Source: Lama guanicoe (taxonomy: Eukaryota). Taken from it: a stretch of DNA of 64,000 bases. Both the position numbers and the translations under genes were made by a program. Location of the stretch: positions 1 to 64,000 of the forward strand of contig MU053487.1 in the NCBI GenBank assembly GCA_013239625.1, in the 5' to 3' direction. Below, in pieces: positions 1 through 13,344 of this stretch. Numbering within the stretch: the stretch's first letter is position 1; every line of letters begins with the position of its first letter. A model generated the notes under the pieces. It ran no database searches and was not told the DNA's origin. It saw only the letters and a program-made list of their open reading frames with translations.

Positions 1-250
1 CAGAAACATGATATTGAGCAAAAGAAGCCAGACACAAAAAGAGCACACAGTGTCTGATGCTATTCATACAAAGGTTTAGAACAGGGAAAACTGATTCACG
101 GAGAAAAAAAATTTATCACAGTAGTTGCCTCTGGTGTGTGGTAGGATGTCAGTTGCGAAGGAATAATGGTACAGAGAGGGGAATAATCTGGGCGATGGAA
201 ATCAGCAAAAAAGAGCTTACTTGAGATGTACTCAATATAATAAAATAACG
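1..250 (+). mobile_element. Old L1M (L1MC/ME-like) 3' fragment
   Basis: gagcaaaagaagccagacacaaaaagagcacacagtgtctgat resembles the L1M ORF2-end/3' UTR. Confidence 0.6.
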
Positions 251-2453
251 TGGGAGATATTTTTAAATAAACATGCCGATCCATTTTGAGGAAGTAATAA
301 CACCCACTAACAAAGAACAAAAGATTCTACAACATTTGCTGCCACCAGACAGTGCTGATCCTACCCAAAGGTGTTAGGAGACGTTATGTGGGTGTCAGCA
401 GTTAACTTCCTTCTAGAACTGAACTTATTAATTTCTATTTTCATCTCCCAGAAGGTACGGACTTCATCTCAGTCAACTCAGCATTTCACCCACTCCCCCT
501 TCCTTCAGTGATACTCGGTGTTCCAATTTTTGGCAAGGCTCTCTGGTCTTGGTCATCTGTTGATGTCAGCACCTGCTGAGATGGACCTCACCCTGTCTGG
601 GCCATCAATCCATGGAGTGACCTGCTGAGCTGACCCACTCCTCCATTAAGGACTTGCACAAGGCTACTTCTCAGATCCTCTGGCACTGCACCCATGAGCC
701 GTGATGGGGAACTCAGGGATCTTGCTTCCTCCCCGCAAAAGCCCCCCGGCTCAGATCTCAACACCTTGGTGGGAATTCTGTTGTGTTTCCCAACTCCAAG
801 GGCTTGGCCATGGGAGGTGGCAGTGCTGGGACATTTCTCAGGGATGCTCACTGGCATCTGACCCTTTGCTTTTCCTTTTGATTCCTCTCTCCCTCTCTCT
901 GAGCCCACGGAAGCCTCCTCCCTCTCAGCGCCCCTTTCTAAGAAGTTGGACTAGAAGGAGAAGGGCGAATGCGTCATTTCAGGAATACAGATGGGATGTG
1001 TTTAATTTAAAAATCATTAGAAAATCAGAGGTGGGAGTGGACAAGGAAGAAGAGAGAAGTGGGGACAAAAAAAGATGGCCCAGCAATGTGGATCAGAGCA
1101 GAACGTCTTGTAAAAACTGGAGTATCGAATATTCAATACTATTGAACTTCTGCCGTTGCTCTGTAGACCGTCTCTCACCCCCATCTCCTTAAAGCCTCTG
1201 CTAAAGTTCTAAAGATGAAAAGGCTCAATGTGGGTGACGTTTTTGCGAAACTCAAGGGACTCAGTTCCACATATGAGTCAAGACACTGCAAAAGAATGTG
1301 TGGGATGGTGAGCTCGTTCGTGAACTGAACTCATTGGGTGGAAGCTGAGGCACAATGTCTAGCCAGAGGAAACCATGAGAAAGTAAGCCGTCCAGAGGTT
1401 CACAGAAATCCCGGGAAGGTTTCAAAGGCAAATCTTATCTAGATTTTTTTAAAGAGAAGGCCACCTCATCTGACATCCGTGTTAGACACGGCCAAAGGAA
1501 GGCTGAAAACACATGGACCTATTCCTGATCTGCGGATGCAGACATGGAAGTATTTTTTCATCCGGGAAGCACTGACTGAGGACCAGCTATGGGCTAGATG
1601 TGCTGTCCTGGGTACCAAGGAAGGATACAAGAGTGAAAATCACATGGTACTTGTCCTGAAGGCTCTCTGGTCAGTGGTAAAGCAAAAGCTACAATATTAT
1701 GAGCTGAGTACCATAAAGGGGGATGTAAGCTGAGAAGGGATTAACAGCACCTGCACTCATAAACGTCCAGGGAACCTAGTTCTTGGAGGACACGTGGGAG
1801 TATATGAGCGTCCTAGCCATCTTCTCTTCTGCCCCCAAGGCTTGCAGGATGTTTTGCCAACCTGGCCCCAATCCACAAGGATGATTTTCTGACCCAGTGC
1901 CCTGGATGTTAACTTATGTGTCCTTTGTCTCCTTAAAAGATGGAAGTTTCTCTTCTTTTTTTGATGGCTGTTGTTATCACTGACAACTGCTTCACAGCAC
2001 AGGACTGCTCTGTAGAAGCTCCAGGCCAACCACACGACCACACAGCTGTTAAGCTGATGGGAGAGCCAGTATTAAGAACAAGTGTCACAAAACAGGAAAT
2101 TGTCCATTGTCTCACCTTTGGGTGAGAAAGTTGCCTTACTGTCCACAGTTAGCACGAAAAACAACAGGCTCTTTTTGGAGGAGGGCAGGTGTCCCTAAGA
2201 GACTGATGAGGTCCTTAGCATATTTAGTGTGAAGGTGGAGGGGTTTTGTGAGACACATGGAAGGACTGGGTGGGGTGCGTTTTCTTTAAGTGGGAGCCAG
2301 AAAGAATAATTCCCTCCTTACCATTTTCCATAATAACAGCAATCGAAAGAAAGAAAGAAATTTTTCTGAGATTCAAGAGCTGAGAAGGGAAAACAAGCTC
2401 TTGTATTGCAGACTCCTGCAAACAGAGGAATTCAGAGGACGGTGACGCAAGAG

Positions 2454-2936
2454 TGTTAACCGAAATTTTAGAAACCGAGAACTGATTGAAATTTTTTTAA
2501 AAAGTGTTTATTTGGGGTTTGTTAGGACTGCAGCCTGGGAGACACAGGTTTAAGAAGCACTTGAATTGTGTTCCGCCAGACGACAAAATGAGGGAGGCTT
2601 ACAAAGGCAAAACCCACAAGGTTACAGTGAGTTACTTGAGTTGTTTATCAAGAATTATAACTGGAGCTAGAAAGAAGGGTGCTTGTTAAGTAAGATTGGT
2701 TGGGGTCTGAAATGGTTGCGTAATTACAAAAGGAGACCTTGAGATCATAGGTTTGCTGCTGGTGGGTGTTCTGAATACAGATGGTGGTGTCCTTGGGTCT
2801 GGTCCAGTTCAGAGGAAGTTCAAGTTCTCAGCGGGGCAGAGACATCCTGAGACCAGACCCTCAGTGGCCCCTCCTCCGGCTCCCTGTGTGTCCACCTCGA
2901 CTGTGATGACTCCATTATAATTTTAATTTGTCATCA
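2454..2936 (-). mobile_element. Probable ERV1-type solo LTR
   Basis: TGTTAA...TCA ends, near-TSD agag/atag, minus-strand AATAAA near 2510. Confidence 0.5.
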
Positions 2937-5900
2937 ATAGTAAATTTGTAATAGTCCTGCAGAAAGTCCGAGCCTTCTTTCTTCCCCTTCTTTTAGTAGA
3001 TGAACAAACGCAAGGCAAAATGCTCTTTGGGACAATTTACCAGGTACGGAGGCCTTGCTTGGCCAACTGAAATCATCTGATGTGCGATGAGTCATGACAA
3101 AGGGGAGGGAGGGAAGGGAAAAGATGAGGCCTGAGCCCAGATCTTCTCTGTGCTGCTGACTGGTTGGGTGATTTTGTTTCCTCATACAACGAGTTTTAAA
3201 GTTCAGATATTCTATTTTGCACTTCCAGAAGTTCTACTTGGTTCTTTTACAAATCTGTGATGTCCCACCGTAGAGTTTCCTCTCCCCTGCGGATTATCTT
3301 CAAGGTTGTTTGCCTTTAAATACTGTGGAATATTTATTTTAAAATATGTCTCATAATTTCAGTATCAGGAGCCTGTGTGGGTCTGTTTCTGCTGGTTTGT
3401 TCCTTTTGCTCTGTCTTCCTGTGTATTTGGTTGTATTTGACCATAGCTGCTCTCCTGCTGTTCAGCCAGGCAACGCGGCTCACCTCGGGGGTCGCCCAAG
3501 AGGCAGGATGTAGGTGGCCTTATTCCAAAGATGATTTTGAGTTTGCTTCTGTCAGACAAAAAGGGGAGTTACCAGTCCTGTAGAACACTTAACTTCATCA
3601 CCTGACGTTTACTGAACTATGTCAGTGATGCAAATTTAGACCATAAATCCATACTAAGGCTGACCTATGCTCAAAACCGGGATCTTGGGGACTTTTCAGG
3701 CACAAAGACCTGAAGATCCTCAAGGCCTTACACTAGGATCTCTGAAACAAAGAAGGGTGATTCTAGGGCCTCAAAACTTGGGAACAGAAAATGGTAGAAT
3801 TTGGTCACCAAGAGAAAGAGGAGCAGTTGAGACCAAGATGATGTTGCAGGGTCCTCTCAGTGAGGAGGGGCTGAACGTTTGGTCCCCTTCTACTGCATGG
3901 TACTTACATTTGACTTCTGTTGCTATCAGGGTAATGTGGGCACTGAATTTTCACCCCGGAGTGGGGAGCTGGCATGGTTCTATTTGTCCCAGACACAGGT
4001 GGTTCCTCCTCCGATATGAGATGTAAAAGGCTGGTGTTCAGAGTGGGAAAAAAGTCAGGCGATTTTCTCCATCCCCTTCCTTCCTAGCTTCCACCTCTGT
4101 TCTCCTGAACAATCAGAATTCCCTATTTAATCAGGGTGGCTTCTGTAGAGTTTGTAACGAGACCAACATAAATCCGCAGTGACCTCAGGACAGGGCCTGA
4201 GCTGTGCTGCAGTAAATACCTGCCCACTAGCAGCTTGTCAGGCCATTCCAGAATCTTCTAACAGGAAGGCAGACAAGACTAGTCCTCCACCCAACTGTCT
4301 CCCACCTAGCTGTCTTTTTCTGTAGACATTTAGGACTGCAAAGATCCTGTCGGGGAAGGATTTGGCATTTAGGCAGTAGGCAATCTCAATTTTCAAGTAC
4401 AAAACCATGAAAGACCCATCAAGTTCACTGGGGGCTCTGGGAGAGGCCCGAGGACCTCTAACCCACTATAAATGACCTCCTTGGAGTGGTTCCTCTGATA
4501 CTTTACTGTATTTGTTCTCGATAGATGTGTGTTGGTGTCAAGAAGCATGGCAGACAGTGGACAGATAAGCCCAGTCATCCACTGGGAATGTCGAGAAGCT
4601 CCTCCCAACCCAAGGGCTCAGGTGACGTCAGTCTGCAGCGTTTCTGTCCCTGCCTGGTCTCCTCTGCCCGCCTCACCTCAAGGAAGAGCCCCCTCCAGAG
4701 AAAACCTGAGAGTCACCATCTGACTGATGAACTTACAAGTCCATGTAACACCTCTCTGCTCGCTTCTTGCAGAGAAACCCGCTGCTCCCAGAAGAGTTCA
4801 GCTTAGTTCCTGGGGAATTTGCTGAGTGTCAAAGAACAGATCTAAGCAGAAGAGAGGCTGGGCTCTTACAACGGTGGGTTTTGTCGGGGAGGGAGTCCCG
4901 GCCTTGGAAGCGAGTCATCTTCCAGGGTAGAGGGTTCCACACCTCCGGACCTGTGTTCACCATAACACACACGCACACCCTTGGGGCTACAGCTCACACC
5001 CAGCCTGATGGTCAGCCAGGCGACGTGGCTGAAATATTGTTCTCCTGTGATTTTGAGTTTTATCAAGTAGAATACAACACTTTCTCCCTGCAGCCCTGTC
5101 CATCAAGGGAGACGTGTGGGCTTGAGAGGCCAGAGACTCGAGTCTCAGTTCAGCGCCCCCAATTTTGGGTAAATCACAATCTTTCCTATCTCTCAATTTT
5201 CTTGAACTGAAAATTGGGTTGCGTATCACGTGCCCTACTTCTGTAAAAGGTTCTTCCCTCCATGAGATCATAGCCCAAATGCTGTCTGGAGTGAGGGAAA
5301 CTCCAGATGATTCCAGGACCCAGCAGAGGCCTCAGAAGTCATGGAACAGACAAGCCATCCTGCTGCTGGGCCTGTCCGAGTTCCTGACCCGTGGGATCAC
5401 GGGCATCACAAAATAGTTGCTTCATGGCACTTATGCAAACGTATTGACCACAACCAGAACAGCACTCAGTGGGGAGAAATGCCCTTTGGACGAGGAATTC
5501 AGTGAGTTGCCAGGGTTTTCCATCAGCGCAGGCTGCCCCCAGCAAGGTCGGGCTTGTGCTGGCGGGTCCTGAGGGACGACCCACCTTCTTCTGTTCCTTG
5601 GAGCCTCCCTCCCTCCTTTCCAGTCTCTTTCCGTGTTTGATACCAGACTGTCTTTTTTGGCTTTGCGTCCTTCAGCCAAGCACGGTGTCTGGTCTGAAGA
5701 GGCACGTTGTTGATCTGAACACAAGGGGATCCCTGGAGAGGCTGGTGCCTCCTGGTGGCTTTTCCTCCCTGCGGGCCCCCAGCTTTCCAGATGATTGTTT
5801 ACGTGCTTCTGAGGAGGAGCGCGACGGGAAAGAATCCAGCTAGCCTTCAGCAAGCGCAGACCACACGAGGAGCGCCACGAGGGGCTTTTGTGAGGACTGC

Positions 5901-6791
5901 CTTGGATGTGAAAACGCCACAAGTGGGAACCACACTTAGGACATGAGAAGAGTGAGGCTTAACAAGTGAATCACTTGCCTGAGATCATGCCGACGGTAAG
6001 TGATGGAGTGAGCGGGGGCCCTGTGTCTGTCCCCGAGCCCGTCTGTTTCACCGGGGGGACGGTGCTGCTGGCGTGGGGGTTCCCAGTCAGGGCACTGGGG
6101 CTCCTGGGGGCTTCCTCACCCAGGGAGAGCCCCAGGGGTGGGTAGGTGGAGCAGCTGTCTGCTGGGGAACCAGTTCAGACCCTCACTGGGTATTTACAGA
6201 CAATCTGACGGCTGCTAGCCTCGTATCTGATTAACAAACCTCAGGGCGCGAAGACTGGTGGGGAGGGGACAACCCGGGAAAACGCCCAGTCAGACTGAGA
6301 GCAGAGGCCCGGCTTAACCCAGAGCCACCTCATCTGAGCATCTGGACACTGGCCAGACTTTCCTCACGGCCCACGAGCGCCCAGTCCACACGGGCCGTCT
6401 CCTCTACCGCAGACTAGACAGAATCCCTCACCCTGACTGCAAAAGTGATTTCAGGAAATGACTTTTTTTTTCTTTAAATGATAATAAGGCAAGAAACAAA
6501 GACCACACAAGATCATTTCCTATTTTGTGTCATCTGACAGAAGACCGATTGCTTGTTGGGGAAACAATGAAAGAAAACCCAAACTTGGCTAAACACGAAA
6601 GAATTTCATTCTGAATTAACTGGATTTGCTGAGAAACAACAACTGACAGAGAGAGAAACACTGACCAGGCTGACACAGCAGGGCAGAGACAGACAGAAGA
6701 GGGAGGGGCACCGAGTCCAGGACCGCAGGGCTCCACCAAGCGTGACTCGGATGCTCCTGCATTCCTTCCAGCCTCAAAAAAGATGCTCTGA

Positions 6792-6940
6792 GGGGCGGGG
6801 TATAGCTCAAGTGGCAGGGCACATGCTTAGCACACACAAGGTCCTGGGTTCAATCCCCAGTACCTCCTCTAAAAATAAATAAACAAAACAAACAAACAAA
6901 TAAATAAACCTAATTATATCCCCCCACCAAAAAAAAAAAA
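6792..6940 (+). mobile_element. tRNA-Ala-derived SINE (Vic-1 type)
   Basis: A/B boxes, A-rich tail, 16-bp TSD aaaaaagatgctctga. Confidence 0.92.
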
Positions 6941-6959
6941 GATGCTCTGAAATTGGCAG

Positions 6960-7520
6960 TTTCTTAAAAAGTTAAAACACATCTATCATGTGACTGAACA
7001 ATTCCACCCCTAGGTTTCCACCCAAGGGACATGAGAACAGTTGATCACGTGAAGAATGGTGCCTGGATTTCAGATCAGCATTATTCCTAAAAGCCTCAGA
7101 CTGGAAACAATTCAGATGCCCCTCAGCTGATAAATGGATAAACAAACTGTGGTTTGTCCACACGTGGGCTGCTCCTCAGCAGGAAAAAGGAAAAAAAATT
7201 CCTGAACATGCTATAACAGGCATGGACCTCAAACATCATTCTGAGTGAAAGAAGTCAGACCCAGAAGACTACATATTGTGATCCCAGTTCTATGAAATTC
7301 CTGCAAAAGGCAAAGCTACAGAGACAGAAAACAGATTAGTGTTTGCCTGGTAGGGGGTGGAAATGAGGACTTTCTGCACGAGAGAACTGTCTGGGGAGAA
7401 AGAAGTGTTCTGAAACTGATTTGTGGTGGTGGCTGTGTAAGTTTAAGTAAGACTCATCAAACTGTACCTTAGTAGGAGTGAATTCTATGGTATGTAAATC
7501 ATACTGCAATAAAGCTATTC
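6960..7520 (+). mobile_element. Old L1M ORF2-end/3' UTR fragment
   Basis: aaactggaaacaa...gaatggataaacaaactgtgg-like motifs, ending in aataaagct. Confidence 0.75.
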
Positions 7521-7788
7521 AAAACAAGATTTTCCGGAGGCTGTACATCTAAACGGAGGGTACAAAGGAAAAGGCCATGATGTTCCCAAGGACGGCTGGA
7601 AATAGGGTAATGTTCCAGGAACGCCGGGGTTACCATTGGGTTAGCTCAAGCCTGCTTAGAAAGCTTTGAAATATTAAAATCAGCTTGCGATAAATTTAAC
7701 AGAACAGGTGTACAGAGCAGGCAATAAAGGTACTGCCCTTATTATTTTCAGAAGTAGCATCCTTACAGAGTCAAGAAATCAGGAATGG

Positions 7789-7928
7789 GTGTAGCTCAGG
7801 GGCAGAGCACATGCTTAGCATGCACGAGGTCCTGGATTCAATCCCAAGTTCCTCCACTTTGAAAGAAAGAAAGGAAGAAAGAAAGAAAGAAAGAAGGAAA
7901 GGAAGGAAGGAAGGAAGCAAGGAAGAAA
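7789..7928 (+). mobile_element. tRNA-Ala-derived SINE with a (GAAA)n/(GGAA)n tail
   Basis: 16-bp TSD aagaaatcaggaatgg at 7773-7788 and 7929-7944. Confidence 0.92.
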
Positions 7929-7979
7929 AAGAAATCAGGAATGGCGGAAGGCACATTGTATTTTAAGAATGATACTGAA

Positions 7980-8075
7980 GAAAAAGAATATATATATAAT
8001 TGAATCACTATACTGTACCCCAGAAACTAACACAACATTGTAAATCAACTATACTTCAATAATAATAAAAAAAAG
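7980..8075 (+). mobile_element. Short 5'-truncated artiodactyl-type L1 3' end
   Basis: gaaactaacacaacattgtaaatcaactatacttcaat plus A tail; degenerate TSD aagaatgatactgaa/aggaatgacattgaa. Confidence 0.8.
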
Positions 8076-9094
8076 AAGGAATGACATTGAAAATGAAATG
8101 TATGTCCCTAAGAGGTGTTCCAGAGAGTTGAACGGGTTTGCGTAGAGTCCACTGGTACCATTTATGTACTAAAGCTCTGTTTTCCAGAAGATGACATTCT
8201 GAACAACGACGTCATGGTGCTATAAGAGCCCCGAAAGATTCCCTCACACGAACAAGACGAGACACTCTGGCTTTGGATGGGGATCGACAGGACTGGAGTG
8301 CATGCCACCACTCACTGAAGCGCCAGTGTTTTCATCTGTGACATGGGCTTACCACTGCCTGTTGTAGGCTGTGGTTCTGAAGAGCAGACAAGAGAAGGGA
8401 AGGGAAACGTATACTCTGATGAGGGGGTTTCACTCTACTGCCTGTGCCTCTGGAGCCCCTGTGACAGGGAGTCTCTGGGACAGGGGACGTACAGTTACCG
8501 GTGCGCACACGGCTGTAAAGGGAACTGTCTCACAGCTTCCCAAAGTGTATCACTGGGCACGGATCCTGCATGAACACTTTCTAAGTGTTCCATAACTCAG
8601 TGGTGGAAGGAGCAATGCAATGAGGCTGTGGGTGCATGCAGCAGCCCTTCGCCCTGGGGTGCGCCCAACATCCAAGGGATGCAGGGCATCCAGCAAAAGA
8701 TGCATGGAAGATGGTCCTGAGTAGAAGTCCAGTCTCAGTCTGTCTCCACCCTCATCCACCTCCTGCAGCGGCTCCACTAGAGTTTCAAAACTCCCCATTG
8801 AATCCCAGATAGTCATTCATGATGTCAAGGAGACAGAGAAAAACAACCCCCCATGAAAAGATGCTGTACATTAGCATCAGAAATCTTTCCTTTTTTCCTC
8901 CCTTAAAAAAATGTACATGTTCTCTGTAGAGGGTTTAAAATACAGGTTAGCCAAAAAGAAAAGGTAAATGATGTCTCAAACACTCACCACCCAGATATGC
9001 TCATGTTGGTGATTCTGTGTACGTCGCTGCAGTCCCGTCCTGGGGGAGTGTGAGCATGCATTGATGGACGATGGATGCCACGTGCATCAGGACA

Positions 9095-9265
9095 CCAGTG
9101 CCAGACAATCAGGGTTCAAATCCTGTCTCTGCCACTTATAGACACGTGACCTGGTAAATTAGGGAAGATGACAGTATGTTACTCAGAGTTGTTGTGAGGG
9201 ATGAATGGGTTACAAATGTACAGTATGCTCAGAACAGGGCGTGGTGGAGGACAGGTGCCCAACAT
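9095..9265 (+). mobile_element. MIR fragment
   Basis: ggttcaaatcctgtctctgccactta and cagagttgttgtgaggga MIR core motifs. Confidence 0.65.
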
Positions 9266-9827
9266 GTGAGAGCAGGGTGTCCCAGGCGTCTCACGCACCC
9301 CTCCACGTCCAAGTACGTGCACAGTGATTGCACACATGTGTGCATGTGTCTGCTGACATGCGTACAGGCCTGGGCTGAGTGTGTGCATATGTGCAGCTCT
9401 TATGTCTAAACACACAAAATGGGCTCAAACTTAAGGTGATCTGCTTTTTTCACATGACATACCGTGAACGTGTTTTCATGTAAATAAATACAGGTCTCCC
9501 TCACCGTCTTAGCGTCTCCGCAACTAGTCCTGCACAGAGCACCAGGCTGGCTGGCTCTCCACCAGCCCGTCGTTTGCAGAATCATTTTAAGTTTTATTTA
9601 TGGGCTCACCTAGTAGATATCATAGAAATTCAAAAGGAAGTCAAACAAGGATCAGAAAAGCAATAGTCCACTAGATCAAAACAAGACTATTTTCCACTCC
9701 TTTGAACCAACCTCAAGTCAGTGAAGTGGCTTATTCAGCCCACTCAAGTCTAGTTATGATTTAAATCAGAACTTATAAGGTAATGCCTGCTCAACATTAA
9801 AAACAGTAATATCATTTGAACACAAAT

Positions 9828-9837
9828 TTTATTTAAT
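9828..9837 (-). terminator. GLB1: GLB1 polyadenylation signal (overlapping ATTAAA/AATAAA); 3' UTR about 300 nt
   Basis: Minus strand reads TTATTAAATAAAATTTGTG, followed by U/GU-rich sequence, about 280 nt after the stop. Confidence 0.75.
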
Positions 9838-10110
9838 AAAAAGACAGCATGATTCTTACAAAATGAAAATCAGAAAGACCTTGAAAGCTCCCATTCCAAA
9901 TCTGCAGGTGCCTAACTGCCACCCGCCCCCCCAACCCCACGTCCACACAGCCAGACGAGGTGGGTACATCAGGCACCAGGAGGCTGCAGGGCAACTTCAG
10001 GTGATAACACCCACACGAATCTATTTTCCAGTGAAGGTTGGCATTCCAAGGGGGAACGTGAGGTATGTGCAAGACTAGAATTTCACAGGGTTACTCTCTG
10101 GCCATGGCGC

Positions 10111-10353
10111 TTAGTTTCGGTCTGCATTGAGACGGTTGGTGGTCTGGGCTCCGCTAATAACCGGCTTGTCCACAAACTCCACCATGCACTGTCCCGGGCC
10201 ACTGTCCCTGCAGGGTGCCCTCTCCAGTTCCAGCACGATGACAGTGTTTGGGCCCGCGGTCAGCAGGATGTGCTGCGGCACGAACAAGGTCACCTGGGGG
10301 CCCCGCGCTGGCCAATAGCGGCCAAGGTTAAAGCCATTGATCCACACCTGACC
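10111..10353 (-). CDS. GLB1: GLB1 exon 16 coding part (243 bp): [14 protein letters not shown]...[27 protein letters not shown]
   Basis: 3' part of ORF 10111..10971; polypyrimidine tract plus ccag acceptor at 10354-10355; TAA at 10111-10113. Confidence 0.97.
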   Translation of the reverse strand, partial: GQVWINGFNLGRYWPARGPQVTLFVPQHILLTAGPNTVIVLELERAPCRDSGPGQCMVEFVDKPVISGAQTTNRLNADRN

Positions 10354-11198
10354 CTGGAGAAAGAGGGAGAGAAAACCATCAACCCAGCTGCTCAGACCAC
10401 CCTGAGAGCATGAAAGCTTTGATGCAGGAGAGGGAGACAGGGAGTGCTCCCTGAAGGTGCTCTCCCAGCACAGGTGAGGCCCGAGAGCCAGGACAGCCCA
10501 GTTTGGGTTCCAGCTCCTGCTAAGATGACCGCCCGACTTGGGCAGGAGTTGAGTGGAGAAGTCACAAAACCACCCCCAGGCCCCGCCCTGCTTCAGGGAG
10601 ATATGCGTTTGTCCCTCTGTCCAGCTCATCATCCGAGTCAGTACTGGACGGCACTGTGGCAATTTCACCAAGCTTCTGAACTTCGTTCTGGGTCGGGTGG
10701 GGGTGCTGCCTGAGCGCACACACCAACCTCCCCCTGACTCCTCTGCACGCAGCTGCCTCACTGCCTCCTCAAGGAGGTGGGCTCCTCCTCTTTTGCTCTG
10801 GCCTCCTCCAGGCGGGTCATGATGCACACAGGTCCCAGAGCCGCACCCAAACAAGAAGGATGTGGGGGTCAAGGAGGGAGAGACCGGGCCCGCCCAGGTA
10901 GGTGTCCGTGTTACTGCTGTGTTTTGATGGTTTTCACACAGCAGCAGAGTGAGGGTGGGGACTTGCTTCAAGGAGCAGAGGTGATCCTATAAGCTGCCAG
11001 AGCTACTTCTGTGAGTGGAAACTGCTTCCAAAACCAAACTGAGAGGGAGGGGAAAGTCCTCAAGAACAGGGACCAGGTGCGGGTATGCTTGCATAGCCTC
11101 TAGGCACGTGCAAGGACGGGCTCCCACGGGCAACTTACAAGTTGGCTGAAGAGACGGAACATTCTGTGATACAGACAGAAAGAGCAGAGGGGTGATCT

Positions 11199-11250
11199 CA
11201 CACACATACACGCATGCGCGTGCGTACACACACGTACAGACGCACGCACG
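11199..11250. repeat. Alternating purine-pyrimidine (CA/CG/TA) tract
   Basis: 40 bp of perfect alternation at 11199-11238. Confidence 0.85.
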
Positions 11251-12879
11251 AGAAAGAAAACGGGGAGAGAGAGAATATGCGGGAGAGGAAGGGAGGAAGG
11301 AAGAGGTACAGACATTGGTCCCACAGTGGCCCAAGTGTGCTGGGGGACACGCTGGGCGAGGCCCAGCCCTGGCCGCCACTTGCAGCCCTAACCCAGGACA
11401 CAAATACCGAGTCCTCACCTTTGGGGACTTTTCAGCTGGTATCTAGGTGTCCCTGGATGCCATCTCCCAGCTCCCTCTCAATTTCCTACCTGGGCTCTGA
11501 TCTCAGTCCTGACACTTACTGGCTGTGTGCTTTGGGCAGGTCACCACTCACACGTGTACTTGGGGACGGTGAGGACGGCAGGGCTGCGGGGTGGGGGCAG
11601 CAGCGCGCGTCCACGGATCAGTCCGCGTGGCACCCGGGAGGGGCTCAGTGGGTGGCAGCAGCCCTCACACCACTGCAGTGAGAAGACCTTGGCCTCCACA
11701 GGCCCACGGAAGGAGGCCCGGGATGGAAACCCACCTGTCTGTTGGGATAAGTCATTTAGAAAAAGGGTGACAGTTTCACACTTCTCAGAATTATTTTACT
11801 CTTGTTTTTACCACGGGATACGCTATCTCGATCCAACCTGAAGGTACACACGATGACAGCTTCACTGGGTTTTATCAGTTGAAGATCTGCCAGCGCCTAG
11901 CTTCCGTGGTATTAGAGAACAGCAGAACTCGACCTTCTGTACTCGAGGGGGAAGATGTGGGCTCCACGGGGGCTGGGGGGAGGGCTGTGTGAGCAGCACA
12001 CCAGGGCTGGCCTGAGCCACGCTGGCTCCCCACCGCATGCCGGCCATGCTGAGGGTCAGTCCCCTCCCACACCCGAGATTCCACACCTAAGTCTCCAGGA
12101 GGCTGCCCCCCCCACCTCTCGTGCTGTACCGGGCGTGTCCCCCCGAAAGCTGAATCCCCTTTGTTGGCTACTGGGACCTGGGAGCCCAGGGTGAAAAAAG
12201 GCTCCCCAGGCTCCCCCAGGTTTAGGGGAGGGAACTCACCAGGGCCAAGAGGCGGGGTGCAGTGAGTACAAGCCCCCAAAGCAGCAAGCTCCTTAAGCAA
12301 GGAGCACCTCGCTTGAGATTGGAGGGTGGAAGGGGGCCCATGGGACCACTGGGGGTTATCACAGTTACACACGGGGCTGAGAGAACCAGGTGCCTGTGGG
12401 CTCAGCTCACCCTTGGGCCCCCTCTCCCTGCGCCACTCCAGGCCCAGCTCGTCCTCCTAAAGGCTGCCCTGCTGCTCAGCCGCGCAGTTTCCACACCAGG
12501 CAATGGATCCAAAGACCTCCCTGTGAGCTCCCCAAGTACCACCTGGCCAGCTGGGCTTGCTTCTGAGAGTCCCCCCCCCCCGGGATGGGGCGACAGGTCC
12601 AGCTCTGGAGGGCTGGTGAGGGTTTCTGTCCCTGAGTCTCTGACTCCTCTTCCCCAGCTCCCCCCGCACTGATGAAAGGTCTAGCTCCCCGTCGTGAGCA
12701 CTCGTGGTGCCCACTCCCCAGACTGCTCTGTGACTGACAGACAGCTAGCCAAAGGTGATGTAATTTTTCTCCTAATCATTTCCTGAATTCTGGACACTGC
12801 ACATCTGTTCTAATTATTCTTTTCTCCCCCAAATTATCATCTGTGACCCTTTTTGAGCCTTAAGCTCTCATATGGATTT

Positions 12880-13072
12880 CTTTTTTAACTGTTCTGGTTT
12901 TCTTTTGGTGTTTTGGAGGAGAATTTATTAGGTTTATTTATTTATTATTGCTTTCTTATTTTTGGGGGGGGTGGGGAGTAAGTTTATTTATTTTTAGTGG
13001 AGGTACTGGGGATAGAACCCAGGACCTCATGCATGCTAAGCACATGCTCCACCACTGAGCTATACCCTGCCC
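12880..13072 (-). mobile_element. tRNA-Ala-derived SINE
   Basis: Reverse complement of the SINE head and tail; TSD core catatgga. Confidence 0.9.
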
Positions 13073-13344
13073 TGCTCCATATGGACTCTGAACTCACCCA
13101 AATGACTCCACTATGTGGGTATCGTGCCTGGCACCTTCCCTCCAACTCTCCCCAAATCCAGGGTTACATCTTTGATTGTGCTTAATTCTCCAAAGCCATG
13201 AACCTCTTCAGGACACAATTCCCCTCCACTCTCAGTCCTTAGCAGAATAGGCATTAAGTGAAGTCTATGGCGGTTTGGTTGCCCTTCTGAGAGAGAGGAA
13301 GGAAGGATTTGTATAGAACGGACCACGGGGACATTGCTCTGGTC

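Noticed and set aside
1..9800. A further protein-coding gene downstream of GLB1 (ORFs such as 701..1192 and 5431..5922)
   Set aside because: None resembles a protein family I recognise, and no chemokine-receptor-like 7TM ORF is present; the region reads as intergenic DNA with repeats.
10354..10971. N-terminal part of the 286-aa ORF 10111..10971 as coding sequence
   Set aside because: GLB1 homology starts exactly at the AG acceptor (10354-10355); the upstream part is intron that is open by chance.
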